Shown: positions 18,761 to 28,081, counted from the first letter of the stretch. The stretch: 64,000 bases of DNA from Alphaproteobacteria bacterium RIFCSPHIGHO2_01_FULL_41_14 (GCA_001767855.1 MEMF01000002.1:369493-433492), one strand, 5' to 3'. The notes: a model not told the origin generated them from the sequence alone. Numbers and translations are program-made.

Positions 18761-18994
18761 TTTTCTTGATAGTGTCTCATTTTCTTCCATCACAAACTGA
18801 GACACTGTCGTCTTCTATTTATCCTCTCTAATTAATTGAGAAAGGATCATATAGTTGATCGGATTGTTCAAATTATTTTGAAGAATTATGTAAGACTCTT
18901 CATTCACATTTACGTTCACGACAATTAGCCGTATTTGTCCTGCAAATCCAACATTTTCTTTCTATAAGATTTTTATTTTTTTTTAACTAGCATG

Positions 18995-20016
18995 TTATTT
19001 GTTATTCTCTAAATTCTCTTCCAATTCTTCCTTAAATTCTTCTTCATCTGGCAGAGCTTCTTTGAGTTTTTGTTCCAACTCTTTATTGAGTTTATATTCC
19101 GACACTCCCAAAGGTCTCTTTATCCCATCTAAAGAATATTTGACCGTAACATTTCGTTTGTCCCTACACAGGATAATCTCGATGCTTGGGCTATCGGTTG
19201 GATGACGTAGTGTGTTGTCCACAAGGTTTAAATAAAAATTCATTTTCCCCGCATGCTCTGGTAGAAATTTTCCTGCCTTTAGCTCGATAATGACAAAACA
19301 GCGTAGTTTGATATGGTAGAAGAGTAGGTCTAAAAAATAGTCTTCTCCTTCTAATTCTAAATGGTATTGATTTCCTACAAAGGCAAAACCTTTTCCGAGT
19401 TCTAAGAGAAAATCTTTTATATTATCTGTGAGAGCTTTTTCGAGAGATCGTTCCTTGATGTTGTCCTCGATATTTAAAAACTCTAAATTATAGGGGCTTT
19501 TTATTAACTCGTGAGATAGGTCTGATTGGGGGGAGGGAAGGGCCTCTTTAAAATTTGTGATGGCTTTTCCCTGTCGTTCATACAATCCGCTTTCTATTTG
19601 ATGGACTAAAACATTGCGAGACCAACCGTTTTCTATGGTTTTGTGAGCATACCACAGTTGTTCTTCGTCCTTAGTTTTTTCTAATAAAGCCAGATTATGA
19701 TACCACGTAATTTGTGCAAGGGGTGCTTGCACAATTTGAAAATCTTTCCATCTGTCTGCAAAAGCTCTCATATATTTAGGTTAGTGAGAGAAAGACCTTT
19801 CATCTCAGGAAACTCCTTTCTTAAATCTTGGGAAACTTGTTCGAGTATTTTTGCTCCCCACCCTTCTTTCTGCTGCATTTCTAGAATTTGATTCCCTATC
19901 TTCCAATAAAGAAGAACGAGCTCTTTGTTGACAGAAAGATTCGCTTTTATTCGTGCTTGAGAGATCTCCTTTTTGAGAGTTTCTATGTAGGTCTTATACG
20001 AGAGATCCATTGTCAT
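18995..20016 (-). pseudogene. PDDEXK nuclease, DUF1016/YhcG family, interrupted by a 1-nt frameshift
   Basis: Two ORFs (19768..20016 and 18995..19771) overlap by ATGA. Together they cover an N-terminal ...LRKEFPEMKGLSLTNL / (K)YMRAFADRW... and a C-terminal PD-(D/E)xK core (DLLFYHIKLRCFVIIELKAGK). The junction CTAAATATATGA reads LNI* in one frame and KYM in the other. Confidence 0.7.
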
Positions 20017-20273
20017 ATTATGTTGCTCCTTAATTTTGTGTGGACTATAGTACGATTTGTATTGTTCATCAATTGTGCTGGAATCGAAGGGACCTGTTTT
20101 AGAACTGACCCACGAACTTTTTCTTGACTTATTTAAAAAATTATTTTAGAAGGGTCGACATAATCTATTCTTCTTAATCAAAAAGATCTTTCTTAATAGC
20201 TTTTTTTAGTATACCAGCTTACTCTTGTTTTATGTACAAGGGAGAGATGGTTCTTTACAGGTTAGTGTGACGC

Positions 20274-21464
20274 ATGAAAAATGGGCAAAAACTTATATTT
20301 CCCTATGCGCTTGTGTTTTATGAAGCGGTTCTTTATTTGGCAAATGATATGTATTTGCCAAGCCTGCCGAGAATCGCGCGGGATCTCGGTACTTCCCAAG
20401 ACATGGTCCAATATACTCTGTCGTTGTGGTTTATGGGCACCTGCAGTTTGCAGATTTTCTTGGGGCCTCTCTCTGACCGGTTTGGTCGTCGACTCATCTT
20501 GGTGTGGGGGGCCGTTCTGTTTTTTGTCAGCACCTGTTTTTGTGCTATGGCAGACTCCATCGAAATGCTTTTGGTGGCGCGATTCTTCCAGGGGTCTGTG
20601 GTGGGAACAGTGACGGTGGCAGGCTATGCGGCTATTCACGAATTTTATGACAGCCGTCGCACTGTCCAATTGCTATCCATCATGGCGTCCATTATTATTT
20701 TAGCCCCCGCTGTGGGACCCATCTTGGGAGCTTGGGTGATAGAGTTTTATTCTTGGCGGGTCATTTTCTTTGTGCTCGCTGGATGGGGCGCTTTGGGGGT
20801 TGTTGGTCTTTATTTCACTATGCCTAAAGGAGGTTCGAGACGAAAAATCCGCATCAAAGGCGTGATAGAAGATTATAAATCTTTGATGAGGAACAGCTCT
20901 TTCTTGAAATACGCTTTGGGGTTTTGTTTTATCCTCAGCTCGTTCTTCATTTGGATTGTGGAGGGGCCTTTTGTGATTATTGAGGGGCTCAAGTTAAGTC
21001 CCACCGTTTTTGGCTGGATGCAACTTTTTGTTTTTGGCTGTTTTGGGGTGGGGGCGCAGATTGCCAAAATTCTTATTAAAAAGCGTCCTGTGTCCGAACT
21101 TGTGCGATTGTCCATCCTTGTTACCCTAAGTGGCGCTGGGTTGTTCGTGTGGATGAGTCTCATGATGAGCACCCATTGGGTGTTGATAACGGCCGCCGTT
21201 ATGGTGATTTCGCTGGGGGCGTCCATGGCTTTTGGCTCTTTGAATCGCCTGGCCATTGAAGCCAGCACGGTGACCATGGTGAATCGAACCGCCGTTTTCT
21301 CTTTGTTGGTAAGCGCCATTGGTACGCTGGCTTGTTTTGTCATGACGCTCTTTAATAACCACACGTTTTTGAACTTATCTTTTGTAATGACTGCTTTTCT
21401 GATCTTGGGGGCAGCACTGATCTGGCCGGGATCGAAAAGAATCCGATTCTTGGAAGACGCTTAA
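20274..21464 (+). CDS. MFS transporter, Bcr/CflA-type drug-resistance family
   Basis: 12 predicted TM helices; MFS loop motif GPLSDRFGRR between TM2 and TM3. Confidence 0.85.
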   Translation: MKNGQKLIFPYALVFYEAVLYLANDMYLPSLPRIARDLGTSQDMVQYTLSLWFMGTCSLQIFLGPLSDRFGRRLILVWGAVLFFVSTCFCAMADSIEMLLVARFFQGSVVGTVTVAGYAAIHEFYDSRRTVQLLSIMASIIILAPAVGPILGAWVIEFYSWRVIFFVLAGWGALGVVGLYFTMPKGGSRRKIRIKGVIEDYKSLMRNSSFLKYALGFCFILSSFFIWIVEGPFVIIEGLKLSPTVFGWMQLFVFGCFGVGAQIAKILIKKRPVSELVRLSILVTLSGAGLFVWMSLMMSTHWVLITAAVMVISLGASMAFGSLNRLAIEASTVTMVNRTAVFSLLVSAIGTLACFVMTLFNNHTFLNLSFVMTAFLILGAALIWPGSKRIRFLEDA

Positions 21465-21495
21465 ACTGACTGACAGAAAAAAAGATCACCCCTCA

Positions 21496-21520
21496 AACCC
21501 TCCTCACCGAGGGTTTTTTT
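21496..21520 (+). terminator. Rho-independent terminator after the MFS gene
   Basis: AACCCTC-CTCACC-GAGGGTT followed by TTTTT. Confidence 0.6.
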
Positions 21521-21543
21521 ATGTGTAAAGAAAGGAGACTTGA

Positions 21544-22740
21544 ATGTTGAACTGGAAAACGTTGATGGGATGGAGAAAAGAGAAACCCTCTGCGAAAGAC
21601 CTCGCGTGGGTGCAGGGAGGCCGACCCATGGGGGCCTCGCGCACCTACACTCGATTGGCAGAGGAAGGGTACGAGCGCAATGTGATTGTTTACAGATGCA
21701 TCAACCTCATTGCCAAAAATTTGGCCATGCCTCCTTGGATTTTATACGAGGGAGATCGCGAGGTAGAGCGGCACGTTTTGGCGGACCTCATAGAAAACCC
21801 CAACCCCTTGCAAACGCGCACCACGTTTCTAGAATCTCTGGCCAGTTATTTGCTGCTCGACGGCAATGTGTATGTGCAAGCTGTGGGGGAGGAAGGTGTC
21901 CCTCGTGAGCTTTTTCTTTTAAGGCCCGATCGGGTGCAGATTATGGCGGGGGACGGTACTCTGCCGCGGGGATATGTGTATCAGGTGGAAGGCAAAAAAT
22001 CCTATTACCCGGTAGATCCCGAGACGGGGGCATGTGCCATTCTGCACCTCAAGTTATTCCATCCCAGCAATGATTGGTATGGCCTGAGCCCCATTCAGGC
22101 GGCAGCGGCAGCTATTGATCAACATAATGCGGTGGGGAGTCATAATCTTTCTTTGCTGCGCAATGGGGGACGACCTTCTGGTGCCTTGGTGATGCCAGGG
22201 AATGAGGGTTTGACGGATGAACAACGGATGCAGCTCAAAGAAACGGTGCGAAATCTCTATCAAGGCTCCGAGAATAGCGGGCAGATTTTGGTGCTGGAAG
22301 GCGGCATGAAATGGTGCGAGATGGGCCTCACCCCCAAGGACTTGGATTTCATGGCGGGCAAACATATTTCCACCCGCGAAATTGCCCAGGCCTTTGGGGT
22401 GCCCTCCATGTTGGTGGGGGTGCCGGGAGATAGTACGTTTTCGAACTATCGTGAGGCTCGATTTCATTTGTGGGAAGACACCGTCTTGCCCCTCCTCCAC
22501 ATGGTGATGGAGGAAATGAACCGGTGGATTGTGCCGGCGTACGGTGAGCAGTTAGCCTTTGCTTATGATGCAGATCAGATTCCCGCTTTGGGATGCCGGC
22601 GTGAACGGCTGTGGAACCGTATTCAAGATGCCACCTTCTTAACGGTGAATGAGAAGCGATCTGCCCTGGGGTATTCGCCCCTTCTAGACGGAAACAATTT
22701 AGAAAACATAGAAAGGAAACACAATGATTCAACAAGATAA
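21544..22740 (+). CDS. Phage portal protein, HK97 family (GTA g3-like)
   Basis: 398 aa. Motifs typical of HK97-family portals: NPLQTRTTFLESL...LLDGNVYV, LSPIQAAAAAIDQHNA, GRPSGAL, REARFHLWEDTVLPL. Immediately followed by protease and capsid genes. Confidence 0.88.
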   Translation: MLNWKTLMGWRKEKPSAKDLAWVQGGRPMGASRTYTRLAEEGYERNVIVYRCINLIAKNLAMPPWILYEGDREVERHVLADLIENPNPLQTRTTFLESLASYLLLDGNVYVQAVGEEGVPRELFLLRPDRVQIMAGDGTLPRGYVYQVEGKKSYYPVDPETGACAILHLKLFHPSNDWYGLSPIQAAAAAIDQHNAVGSHNLSLLRNGGRPSGALVMPGNEGLTDEQRMQLKETVRNLYQGSENSGQILVLEGGMKWCEMGLTPKDLDFMAGKHISTREIAQAFGVPSMLVGVPGDSTFSNYREARFHLWEDTVLPLLHMVMEEMNRWIVPAYGEQLAFAYDADQIPALGCRRERLWNRIQDATFLTVNEKRSALGYSPLLDGNNLENIERKHNDSTR

Positions 22741-23263
22741 AAAACTGACTCTAAAATCCACCACAGACGCCGGATGGTTTTCGGGATATGCGAGCGTTTA
22801 TGAGTGCCTAGATCTCCACAAAGATATAGTGGCTAAGGGTGCCTTTACAGAGACGCTCAAAGGGGAAGAATGGCCCAAAATGTTGTGGCAGCATGACCCA
22901 GCGCATCCCATCGGTCGGTGGGAGAAAATAGAGGAAACAGAGGAAGGTCTTTATGTGGAAGGGCGACTGTTTTTGGAAATTGAAAAGGCGCGCGAGGCTT
23001 TTGTGCTGCTGTGCGAGGGGGTTTTGAATGGTCTCTCCATCGGGTTTCAGGTGGAAAAATCCCGCCGGCTTTCCGGGGGGAGGTTGTTGGAAAAAGTGCG
23101 CCTTTATGAAATTTCACTGGTGACGTTTCCGGCGAATGGGAATGCCCGGGTTCTGACGGTGAAGAACCAAGATTTGTGTGCGGATCTTTTGGAAAAAGTG
23201 CAGCGCTTGCGGGAATCCATTTCCCGTCACTGCGAAGAAATCCGTCAGGATTACTGTCTATAA
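22724..23263 (+). CDS. HK97-family prohead (head-maturation) protease (GTA g4-like); the last 13 codons and the stop are supplied by a repeat element
   Basis: GYASVYECLDLHKDIVAKGAF...WQHD..HPIG... LSIGF...LYEISLVTFPANGNARV. The 3' end overlaps repeat B (23222..23314). Confidence 0.85.
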   Translation: MIQQDKKLTLKSTTDAGWFSGYASVYECLDLHKDIVAKGAFTETLKGEEWPKMLWQHDPAHPIGRWEKIEETEEGLYVEGRLFLEIEKAREAFVLLCEGVLNGLSIGFQVEKSRRLSGGRLLEKVRLYEISLVTFPANGNARVLTVKNQDLCADLLEKVQRLRESISRHCEEIRQDYCL

Positions 23264-23314
23264 AAGCTGGATCGCGTGTGATCAGCTTTTCAAGCCTCCT
23301 CGCGATGACGGGAG
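23222..23314. repeat. Palindromic repeat family B, copy 1
   Basis: tcccgtcactgcgaagaaatccg...tataaaagctggatcgcgtgtgatcagc...cctcgcgatgacggga. The termini are imperfect inverted repeats. A second copy at 59077..59193 carries a roughly 24-bp insertion. Confidence 0.8.
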
Positions 23315-23366
23315 TGGGGGACGGCAGAAAAATGAATAACACCTTTCCCGAATAGGGAAAATCACG

Positions 23367-23391
23367 GGCCAGATTTTCTGGCCTTTTTTTT
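23367..23391 (+). terminator. Rho-independent terminator between the protease and capsid genes
   Basis: GGCCAG-ATTTT-CTGGCC followed by an 8-nt T-run. Confidence 0.6.
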
Positions 23392-23418
23392 ATCCATCAA
23401 TATGAAAGGACAATATCC

Positions 23419-24552
23419 ATGACACTAGAAAAACTATCGACAAACATCGACGCGTTGGAAAAAGGATTCCAACAGTTTCAATCCACCCAACAAGGGCGCT
23501 TGGAGAAGCTGGAACACAAACTGTCCGATCTGCCGCTCTTTCGTAAACAGATGACCGCCGATCGGCGTCCAGAGGTGTCTCTCAAATCAACGCTGCCCCA
23601 AGGCAGTGCGACAAAAGCCTTCGAGGCGTATGTGAGAGGACATACCGATTGGGATGTAAAGGCGCTCAGCACGGGGGAGACGCCCGGGTCGTACCTCATG
23701 CCGGAGGTCATCCAAGAACGCATCTCGAAAGACCTTCAGTCAGGCAACTCGTTCCGGTCTGTGGCGCGGCAGATGAGTGTTTCGGGGGGCAGTGTGGACG
23801 TGATTGTGGATCGTGACTTGCCGGCGGTGGGATGGGTCTCGGAAATGGAAGCACGACCTGAAACTGCGCCTCCTATTTTAGAAAAAATCCGCATTACACT
23901 GCAGGAACTCTATGCCAAACCAAAGGCTACCCAGAAACTATTGGATGATGGAGCCATTAACATCGAGGATTGGCTCGTGCGTAAGGTGACCGACAAGATG
24001 ACTCGTATCGAAAATGAAGCCTTTATCTTGGGCAATGGTGACGGGAAGCCCCGGGGGTTCCTCAGCTATGAGATGGGAGACGAAGCCACTTTCGGGCGAC
24101 TGCAGCACCACAAAACTGGAGAAAATGGGGCCTTCGGAGACGATGGCGCCGATGTGCTGGTGGATATGGTGGCTTCGCTCAAAACCGAGTACCAATCAGA
24201 AGCTGTCTGGATCATGTCGCGCTCGGCACAAGCCGCGGTGCGCAAACTGAAAGAATCCGAGACGGGGCAATACTTGTGGCAACCGGCGCTGGGGGAAAAA
24301 CCTCTGCCCACGTTGCTTGGGTATTCCGTGTATGTGCTGGATGAAATGCCGGCGCTTTTGCCGGGAATAGCTAGCTGCTCCCTCGCCTTTGGAAACTTTA
24401 AGGAGGGCTATCAGATTGTGGAAAAACCTCAGATCAACGTTTTGAGGGATCCCTATAGTGCCAAGCCCTATGTGGAGTTTTACATCACCAAACGCGTGGG
24501 CGGAGACGTGATCGATTTTGATGCCATTAAGGTATTGAAGTTCGAAGCCTAA
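23419..24552 (+). CDS. Phage major capsid protein, HK97 family (GTA g5-like)
   Basis: 377 aa. N-terminal delta-like coiled coil, then ...GSYLMPE..., LQELYAKPKATQKLLDD, FILGNGDGKPRGFL, LAFGNFKEGYQIVE. Position directly after the protease gene. Confidence 0.88.
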   Translation: MTLEKLSTNIDALEKGFQQFQSTQQGRLEKLEHKLSDLPLFRKQMTADRRPEVSLKSTLPQGSATKAFEAYVRGHTDWDVKALSTGETPGSYLMPEVIQERISKDLQSGNSFRSVARQMSVSGGSVDVIVDRDLPAVGWVSEMEARPETAPPILEKIRITLQELYAKPKATQKLLDDGAINIEDWLVRKVTDKMTRIENEAFILGNGDGKPRGFLSYEMGDEATFGRLQHHKTGENGAFGDDGADVLVDMVASLKTEYQSEAVWIMSRSAQAAVRKLKESETGQYLWQPALGEKPLPTLLGYSVYVLDEMPALLPGIASCSLAFGNFKEGYQIVEKPQINVLRDPYSAKPYVEFYITKRVGGDVIDFDAIKVLKFEA

Positions 24553-24582
24553 TCCAACCCCATCTTTTTTAATCAAGACCCA

Positions 24583-24612
24583 AAAGAGAGGCATTCAGCC
24601 TCTCTTTTTTTT
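24583..24612 (+). terminator. Rho-independent terminator after the capsid gene
   Basis: AAAGAGAGG-CATTCAG-CCTCTCTTT followed by a T-run. Confidence 0.65.
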
Positions 24613-24620
24613 AACCAACA

Positions 24621-24728
24621 TATAGCTAGAGCCATTTAAATTGAGCATAGGCACGACGCAGCGAAGCGTAGTCAACCTACGTGAGTGAGGAGTAACGCAT
24701 GATCAATTTATAAGGGATCGGCTATAAC
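24621..24728. repeat. MITE-like palindromic repeat family A, copy 1 (about 107 bp)
   Basis: Near-identical to 50229..50334. The termini TATAGCTAGAGCCATTTAAATTGA and TCAATTTATAAGGGATCGGCTATA are imperfect inverted repeats. Confidence 0.85.
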
Positions 24729-24740
24729 AGGAGAGACTCA

Positions 24741-25331
24741 ATGAAAACATCCGTATTAGACCACCCAAAGACAGAACCCGTTTCCCTTCTAAAGGCGAAA
24801 ACGTTTTTAAGAATAAATCATACCCACGACGATGAGCTTATGCCCCACCTGATCACCACGGCTCGGCAAATTGCTGAGACATATACGCGTCGTAAATTTA
24901 TTACGCAACGCTTGGTCTCGGTACTGCCGTTCCGCCCCAATCACAGCAAGAAAGCAGGACTGCAGCGCGTGTGGGCATCAGGAGACCGGTATGCCCTCTT
25001 TCTACCCCGTGGTCCCGTGCAGAAAGTGGTGGAAGTAGAGATCATCACGGAAGAGGGCGAGACGTTGCCCGTTTCGTACCACGGGTACCATGTGAATCAT
25101 CATCGAGACCCCGCGTTGCTGGTGGTGGATGACCGAAACGGCTGGGGGGTGCGTGTCACCTACGACGTGGGATATGGCGATCGAGCCGTAAATGTGCCGG
25201 CGCCCATCCGTCAGGCCATCTTGCATATGGTGGTGGAGATGTACCAAAACCGCAATGTGCTGGAGGCTCGCTTGATCCGCAGCGTGACGCCTTTCTTGGC
25301 GCCCTATCGGTTGATGGGAGATATGCTATGA
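24741..25331 (+). CDS. Phage gp6-like head-tail connector (GTA g6-like)
   Basis: The opening EPVSLLKAKTFLRINHTHDDELMPHLITTARQIAETYTRRKF is the typical gp6-like start; position after the capsid gene. Confidence 0.75.
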   Translation: MKTSVLDHPKTEPVSLLKAKTFLRINHTHDDELMPHLITTARQIAETYTRRKFITQRLVSVLPFRPNHSKKAGLQRVWASGDRYALFLPRGPVQKVVEVEIITEEGETLPVSYHGYHVNHHRDPALLVVDDRNGWGVRVTYDVGYGDRAVNVPAPIRQAILHMVVEMYQNRNVLEARLIRSVTPFLAPYRLMGDML

Positions 25332-25675
25332 CACAGAAAAAACAAGGCTGCGACGCGCTGACGGAACTGGTGTTCTTAGAGCAACTCTTTCAGGAATCCG
25401 ATGGAGAAGGGGGACTCACCTCCGAGTGGCGACCGGTGGAGTCCTTGTGGGTCAAAATTGAGGCCCAAAAACCGGGAAGCGTGACCGAGCGGTGGCAAGG
25501 AGAACGCCCGCACTTTGCCGCGCGATATTGGGTATGGATCCGGCAAGAGCAGGTGCTGCCGCCGATTTATCGGCTGCGGTGGGAGAAGGGGGTGTTGACC
25601 CCCCTCTCCGCTATGACGTGCCTTGCGGGGGAGGAATGGCAAATGGTTTTGACTGAGCAAGAGGAGGTATCATGA
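25328..25675 (+). CDS. Phage head-closure / head-tail adaptor protein (GTA g7-like)
   Basis: 115 aa, translationally coupled (ATGA overlap), with the expected size and position in an HK97/GTA head module. Confidence 0.65.
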   Translation: MTQKKQGCDALTELVFLEQLFQESDGEGGLTSEWRPVESLWVKIEAQKPGSVTERWQGERPHFAARYWVWIRQEQVLPPIYRLRWEKGVLTPLSAMTCLAGEEWQMVLTEQEEVS

Positions 25676-26067
25676 AAAGTGACTATGGCGTGATGGGGGC
25701 CGTTTACCAGGCGTTGTCGGGGAGGGAAGGGACGCTCAAAATTTTCCACTATGTCCCCCAAGGGGTGATGCCCCCCTATGCGGTGCTGGAGCTCATGGCG
25801 TTGGAGCGGGGGAACTCCCTGCCCCCGCCCCACTTTCAAACCCGAGGTGAGATGACGGTTCGCGTGTGGAGTGCCTATGAGGGCCTCGCTGAAGTGGCGG
25901 AGATCGTGGGCGCGCTCAGTATCTTTTTTGACGGGAAAAAACTGGACCTCCCTGAGGGTCAAGCGTGGTTTGATGTAACAGAGAGGCGATTTTCCGCCCA
26001 GCAGTCGAGCGCTAAGAATCCGTGGCGAGAGGGAAGTGTAACGCTGCGATTTGTAGTGCGACGATAA
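25672..26067 (+). CDS. DUF3168-type tail-completion protein (GTA g8-like)
   Basis: 131 aa, ATGA-coupled. The opening AVYQALSG......IFHYVPQGVMPPYAVLE resembles DUF3168 openings. Confidence 0.6.
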   Translation: MKSDYGVMGAVYQALSGREGTLKIFHYVPQGVMPPYAVLELMALERGNSLPPPHFQTRGEMTVRVWSAYEGLAEVAEIVGALSIFFDGKKLDLPEGQAWFDVTERRFSAQQSSAKNPWREGSVTLRFVVRR

Positions 26068-26185
26068 TTTTTAACAGACAAGGAATATCCATGAGAAAAA
26101 TAATCACATTTCAGACGTACTGGGGTGCGATCTCTCCTGCCTTGCGGCGGTGGTACCGGTTGCCCAGATGGTGGAGGGAGCGGCC

Positions 26186-26692
26186 ATGACACAAACGCTT
26201 CTTAAAATTCAGGGAGCTGGCATGCCGCCCGTGATGCTGGACCAGTGTACACAAACCCTGGAAGCGATGCCGCTGGGGGGCCTTCACCGCACGGTGAATG
26301 GTGAGCTTATTTATACGGGCGTGCCGGGGAGGATGAAGTACCGCACCGTGTGCTCGGGCACGGGCAATGGGACCCCGGGCTTGGATGCCCTCAAACGAGG
26401 GGATCAAGTGACCGTGCACTGTATCCAACGGTTGTGGCAAGAAGCGACGGGGGAGCGGACGATACTCTCCCGCCCTGCTGTGGTGGGGACGGTGCTGGTG
26501 ATGGACGAAAATCGGCAGGCGGTGGCGTTTACCATGAACTCCCCTTCCGAGGTGGCGGTGACACCTCCCCTCTCGCTTCCGTTGTATCTGAGTTATTGCC
26601 CCGTTTTGATCACCCGTGTGGGGGAGATTAAATTGAAAGCACGGGAATGGGACGGGGGGCAAGAGTGGCATCTCGGGATGGAAGAGGTTTAG
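26186..26692 (+). CDS. Hypothetical protein, GC-rich, phage-module associated
   Basis: ORF continues the GC-rich block after g8. Start chosen at MTQTLLKIQ. No recognisable motif, and it does not resemble the TP901-1/GTA g9 tube protein. Confidence 0.45.
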   Translation: MTQTLLKIQGAGMPPVMLDQCTQTLEAMPLGGLHRTVNGELIYTGVPGRMKYRTVCSGTGNGTPGLDALKRGDQVTVHCIQRLWQEATGERTILSRPAVVGTVLVMDENRQAVAFTMNSPSEVAVTPPLSLPLYLSYCPVLITRVGEIKLKAREWDGGQEWHLGMEEV

Positions 26693-26740
26693 AAAGGATG
26701 GGTGTTGACAGGAGCGGAGCTCCCCATTACAGTCAAATTC

Positions 26741-27649
26741 ATGACACATGCACCATCAAATTGGTTCCTGTCCGCGGGATACAGGCAAGGGGTTTTCTGG
26801 GCCATTCTTACAGCGCTCGTCAGCGTTTCTAATGACGTGATCACCAAGTTTGTGGGGACGCGGTTGAATGGGATGGAGATTTCTTTTTTCCGTTTTTTCT
26901 TTAGTATGATCACCGTGCTGCCTTTCATGATTCCTCAGGGATGGAAGGCCTTTAAAACAGAACGGGCTGATTTGCACGTGTGGCGGGCGGTGATTGGCGC
27001 GGCGGCCATTGCGTTGTTCGTTTTTAGCTTGATTTACTTGCCGTTGGCGGAAGTTACGGTTTTTTCGTTTACCCAACCCCTCTTTTTCATGCCCATTGCG
27101 CTGCTGCTGCTGAAGGAAAAAGTCACGTTTAATCGATGGATTGCAGGTATCTGTGGATTTATTGGGATTTTGATCGTAATCCAACCAGGGACCCTGTCTT
27201 TTAAAATGGTGTCGCTGTTGCCCATGGGCGCAGCCTTTTTGTTTGCCATGCTCGATATGCTGGCCAAGAAAATGGTGGTGAAAGAAAGCACCACCACGTT
27301 GTTGTTTTATTTTGCGTTGGGGACAACGCTTGCGGCCTTTATTCCAGCCCTCTATGTGTGGCAAACGCCGACCCTTGTCGAATTGTTTTGGCTCTTCTGT
27401 TTGGGGGCGGGCGCGAACTTGATTCAAGTGTGTTTGTTTCGAGCGTTTGCGGCGACGGACGCGTCATCGCTGGTGCCCTTCCGATATACGGAACTCGTCT
27501 TTGCCTCCCTCTTTGGGTATATGTTCTTTAACGAACTGCCCAGCCTGATCGTTTATCTGGGTGCCGCCGTGATTATTGCCAGCACCTTGTACCTTTCGTA
27601 CTCAGAAATGCGCCGGTCGAAAAAAGACCCACTGCCGATGGCGTCTTGA
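26741..27649 (+). CDS. DMT superfamily (EamA-like) transporter
   Basis: Ten hydrophobic helices in two EamA-like halves. ATG 26741 is preferred over GTG 26702. Confidence 0.8.
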   Translation: MTHAPSNWFLSAGYRQGVFWAILTALVSVSNDVITKFVGTRLNGMEISFFRFFFSMITVLPFMIPQGWKAFKTERADLHVWRAVIGAAAIALFVFSLIYLPLAEVTVFSFTQPLFFMPIALLLLKEKVTFNRWIAGICGFIGILIVIQPGTLSFKMVSLLPMGAAFLFAMLDMLAKKMVVKESTTTLLFYFALGTTLAAFIPALYVWQTPTLVELFWLFCLGAGANLIQVCLFRAFAATDASSLVPFRYTELVFASLFGYMFFNELPSLIVYLGAAVIIASTLYLSYSEMRRSKKDPLPMAS

Positions 27650-27812
27650 GTCTCCAGAGGAGGCCTTACCTTAAATTCATCCTTGAAAATCTGGAATTGT
27701 GTGCCATAATTACAAGGATGATAACACGAAGAATAACACACATATGTCTCAGTTATCATCTGACGTATAACCGCTTGACCCAGAAAGTCTCGGGGGGTTT
27801 TAAAGGAAAATC

Positions 27813-28001
27813 CTACTCATCCCCCACGGTGGCGTCAGACCCCACCCCCTCTTCGTTTGGGTCTTCTGTGTCGGAGTTCGTGTCCTCTCTCCCATCATCG
27901 TTATCGGATTCCATCATGGGGTCATCCTCTGCGGCAACCGCAAGAGGGGAAAGGGCGGTATTTAGGAAAAATAATCCCACAAGAACCAGTATGTATTTCA
28001 T
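27813..28001 (-). CDS. Small secreted acidic protein
   Basis: Signal peptide MKYILVLVGLFFLNTALSPLAVAA followed by a 38-aa Asp/Glu-rich tail. Confidence 0.5.
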   Translation of the reverse strand: MKYILVLVGLFFLNTALSPLAVAAEDDPMMESDNDDGREDTNSDTEDPNEEGVGSDATVGDE

Positions 28002-28081
28002 CGTGTCAATTCTCCTGATTTTAGACTCGTCTTTCCCCGTCTCATGCCTGCATGGGCGGGGGTGACGAAAAAAGCGTGGTC

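Noticed and set aside
22054-22735. Two minus-strand ORFs (148 and 128 aa) inside the portal gene
   Set aside because: They are antisense to a well-supported portal CDS and their translations are low-complexity.
26186-26692. Calling this ORF the GTA major tail (g9/TP901-1-like) protein because it follows g8
   Set aside because: Its size (169 aa) and sequence show none of the tube-protein pattern I know. Position alone is insufficient, so it is left as hypothetical.
26111-26749. 212-aa minus-strand ORF overlapping the 26186..26692 plus-strand ORF
   Set aside because: It lies antisense in a GC-rich block where stop codons are rare. Its translation is His/Arg/Pro-rich low-complexity sequence with no motif. 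The sense-strand ORF continues the phage module orientation.
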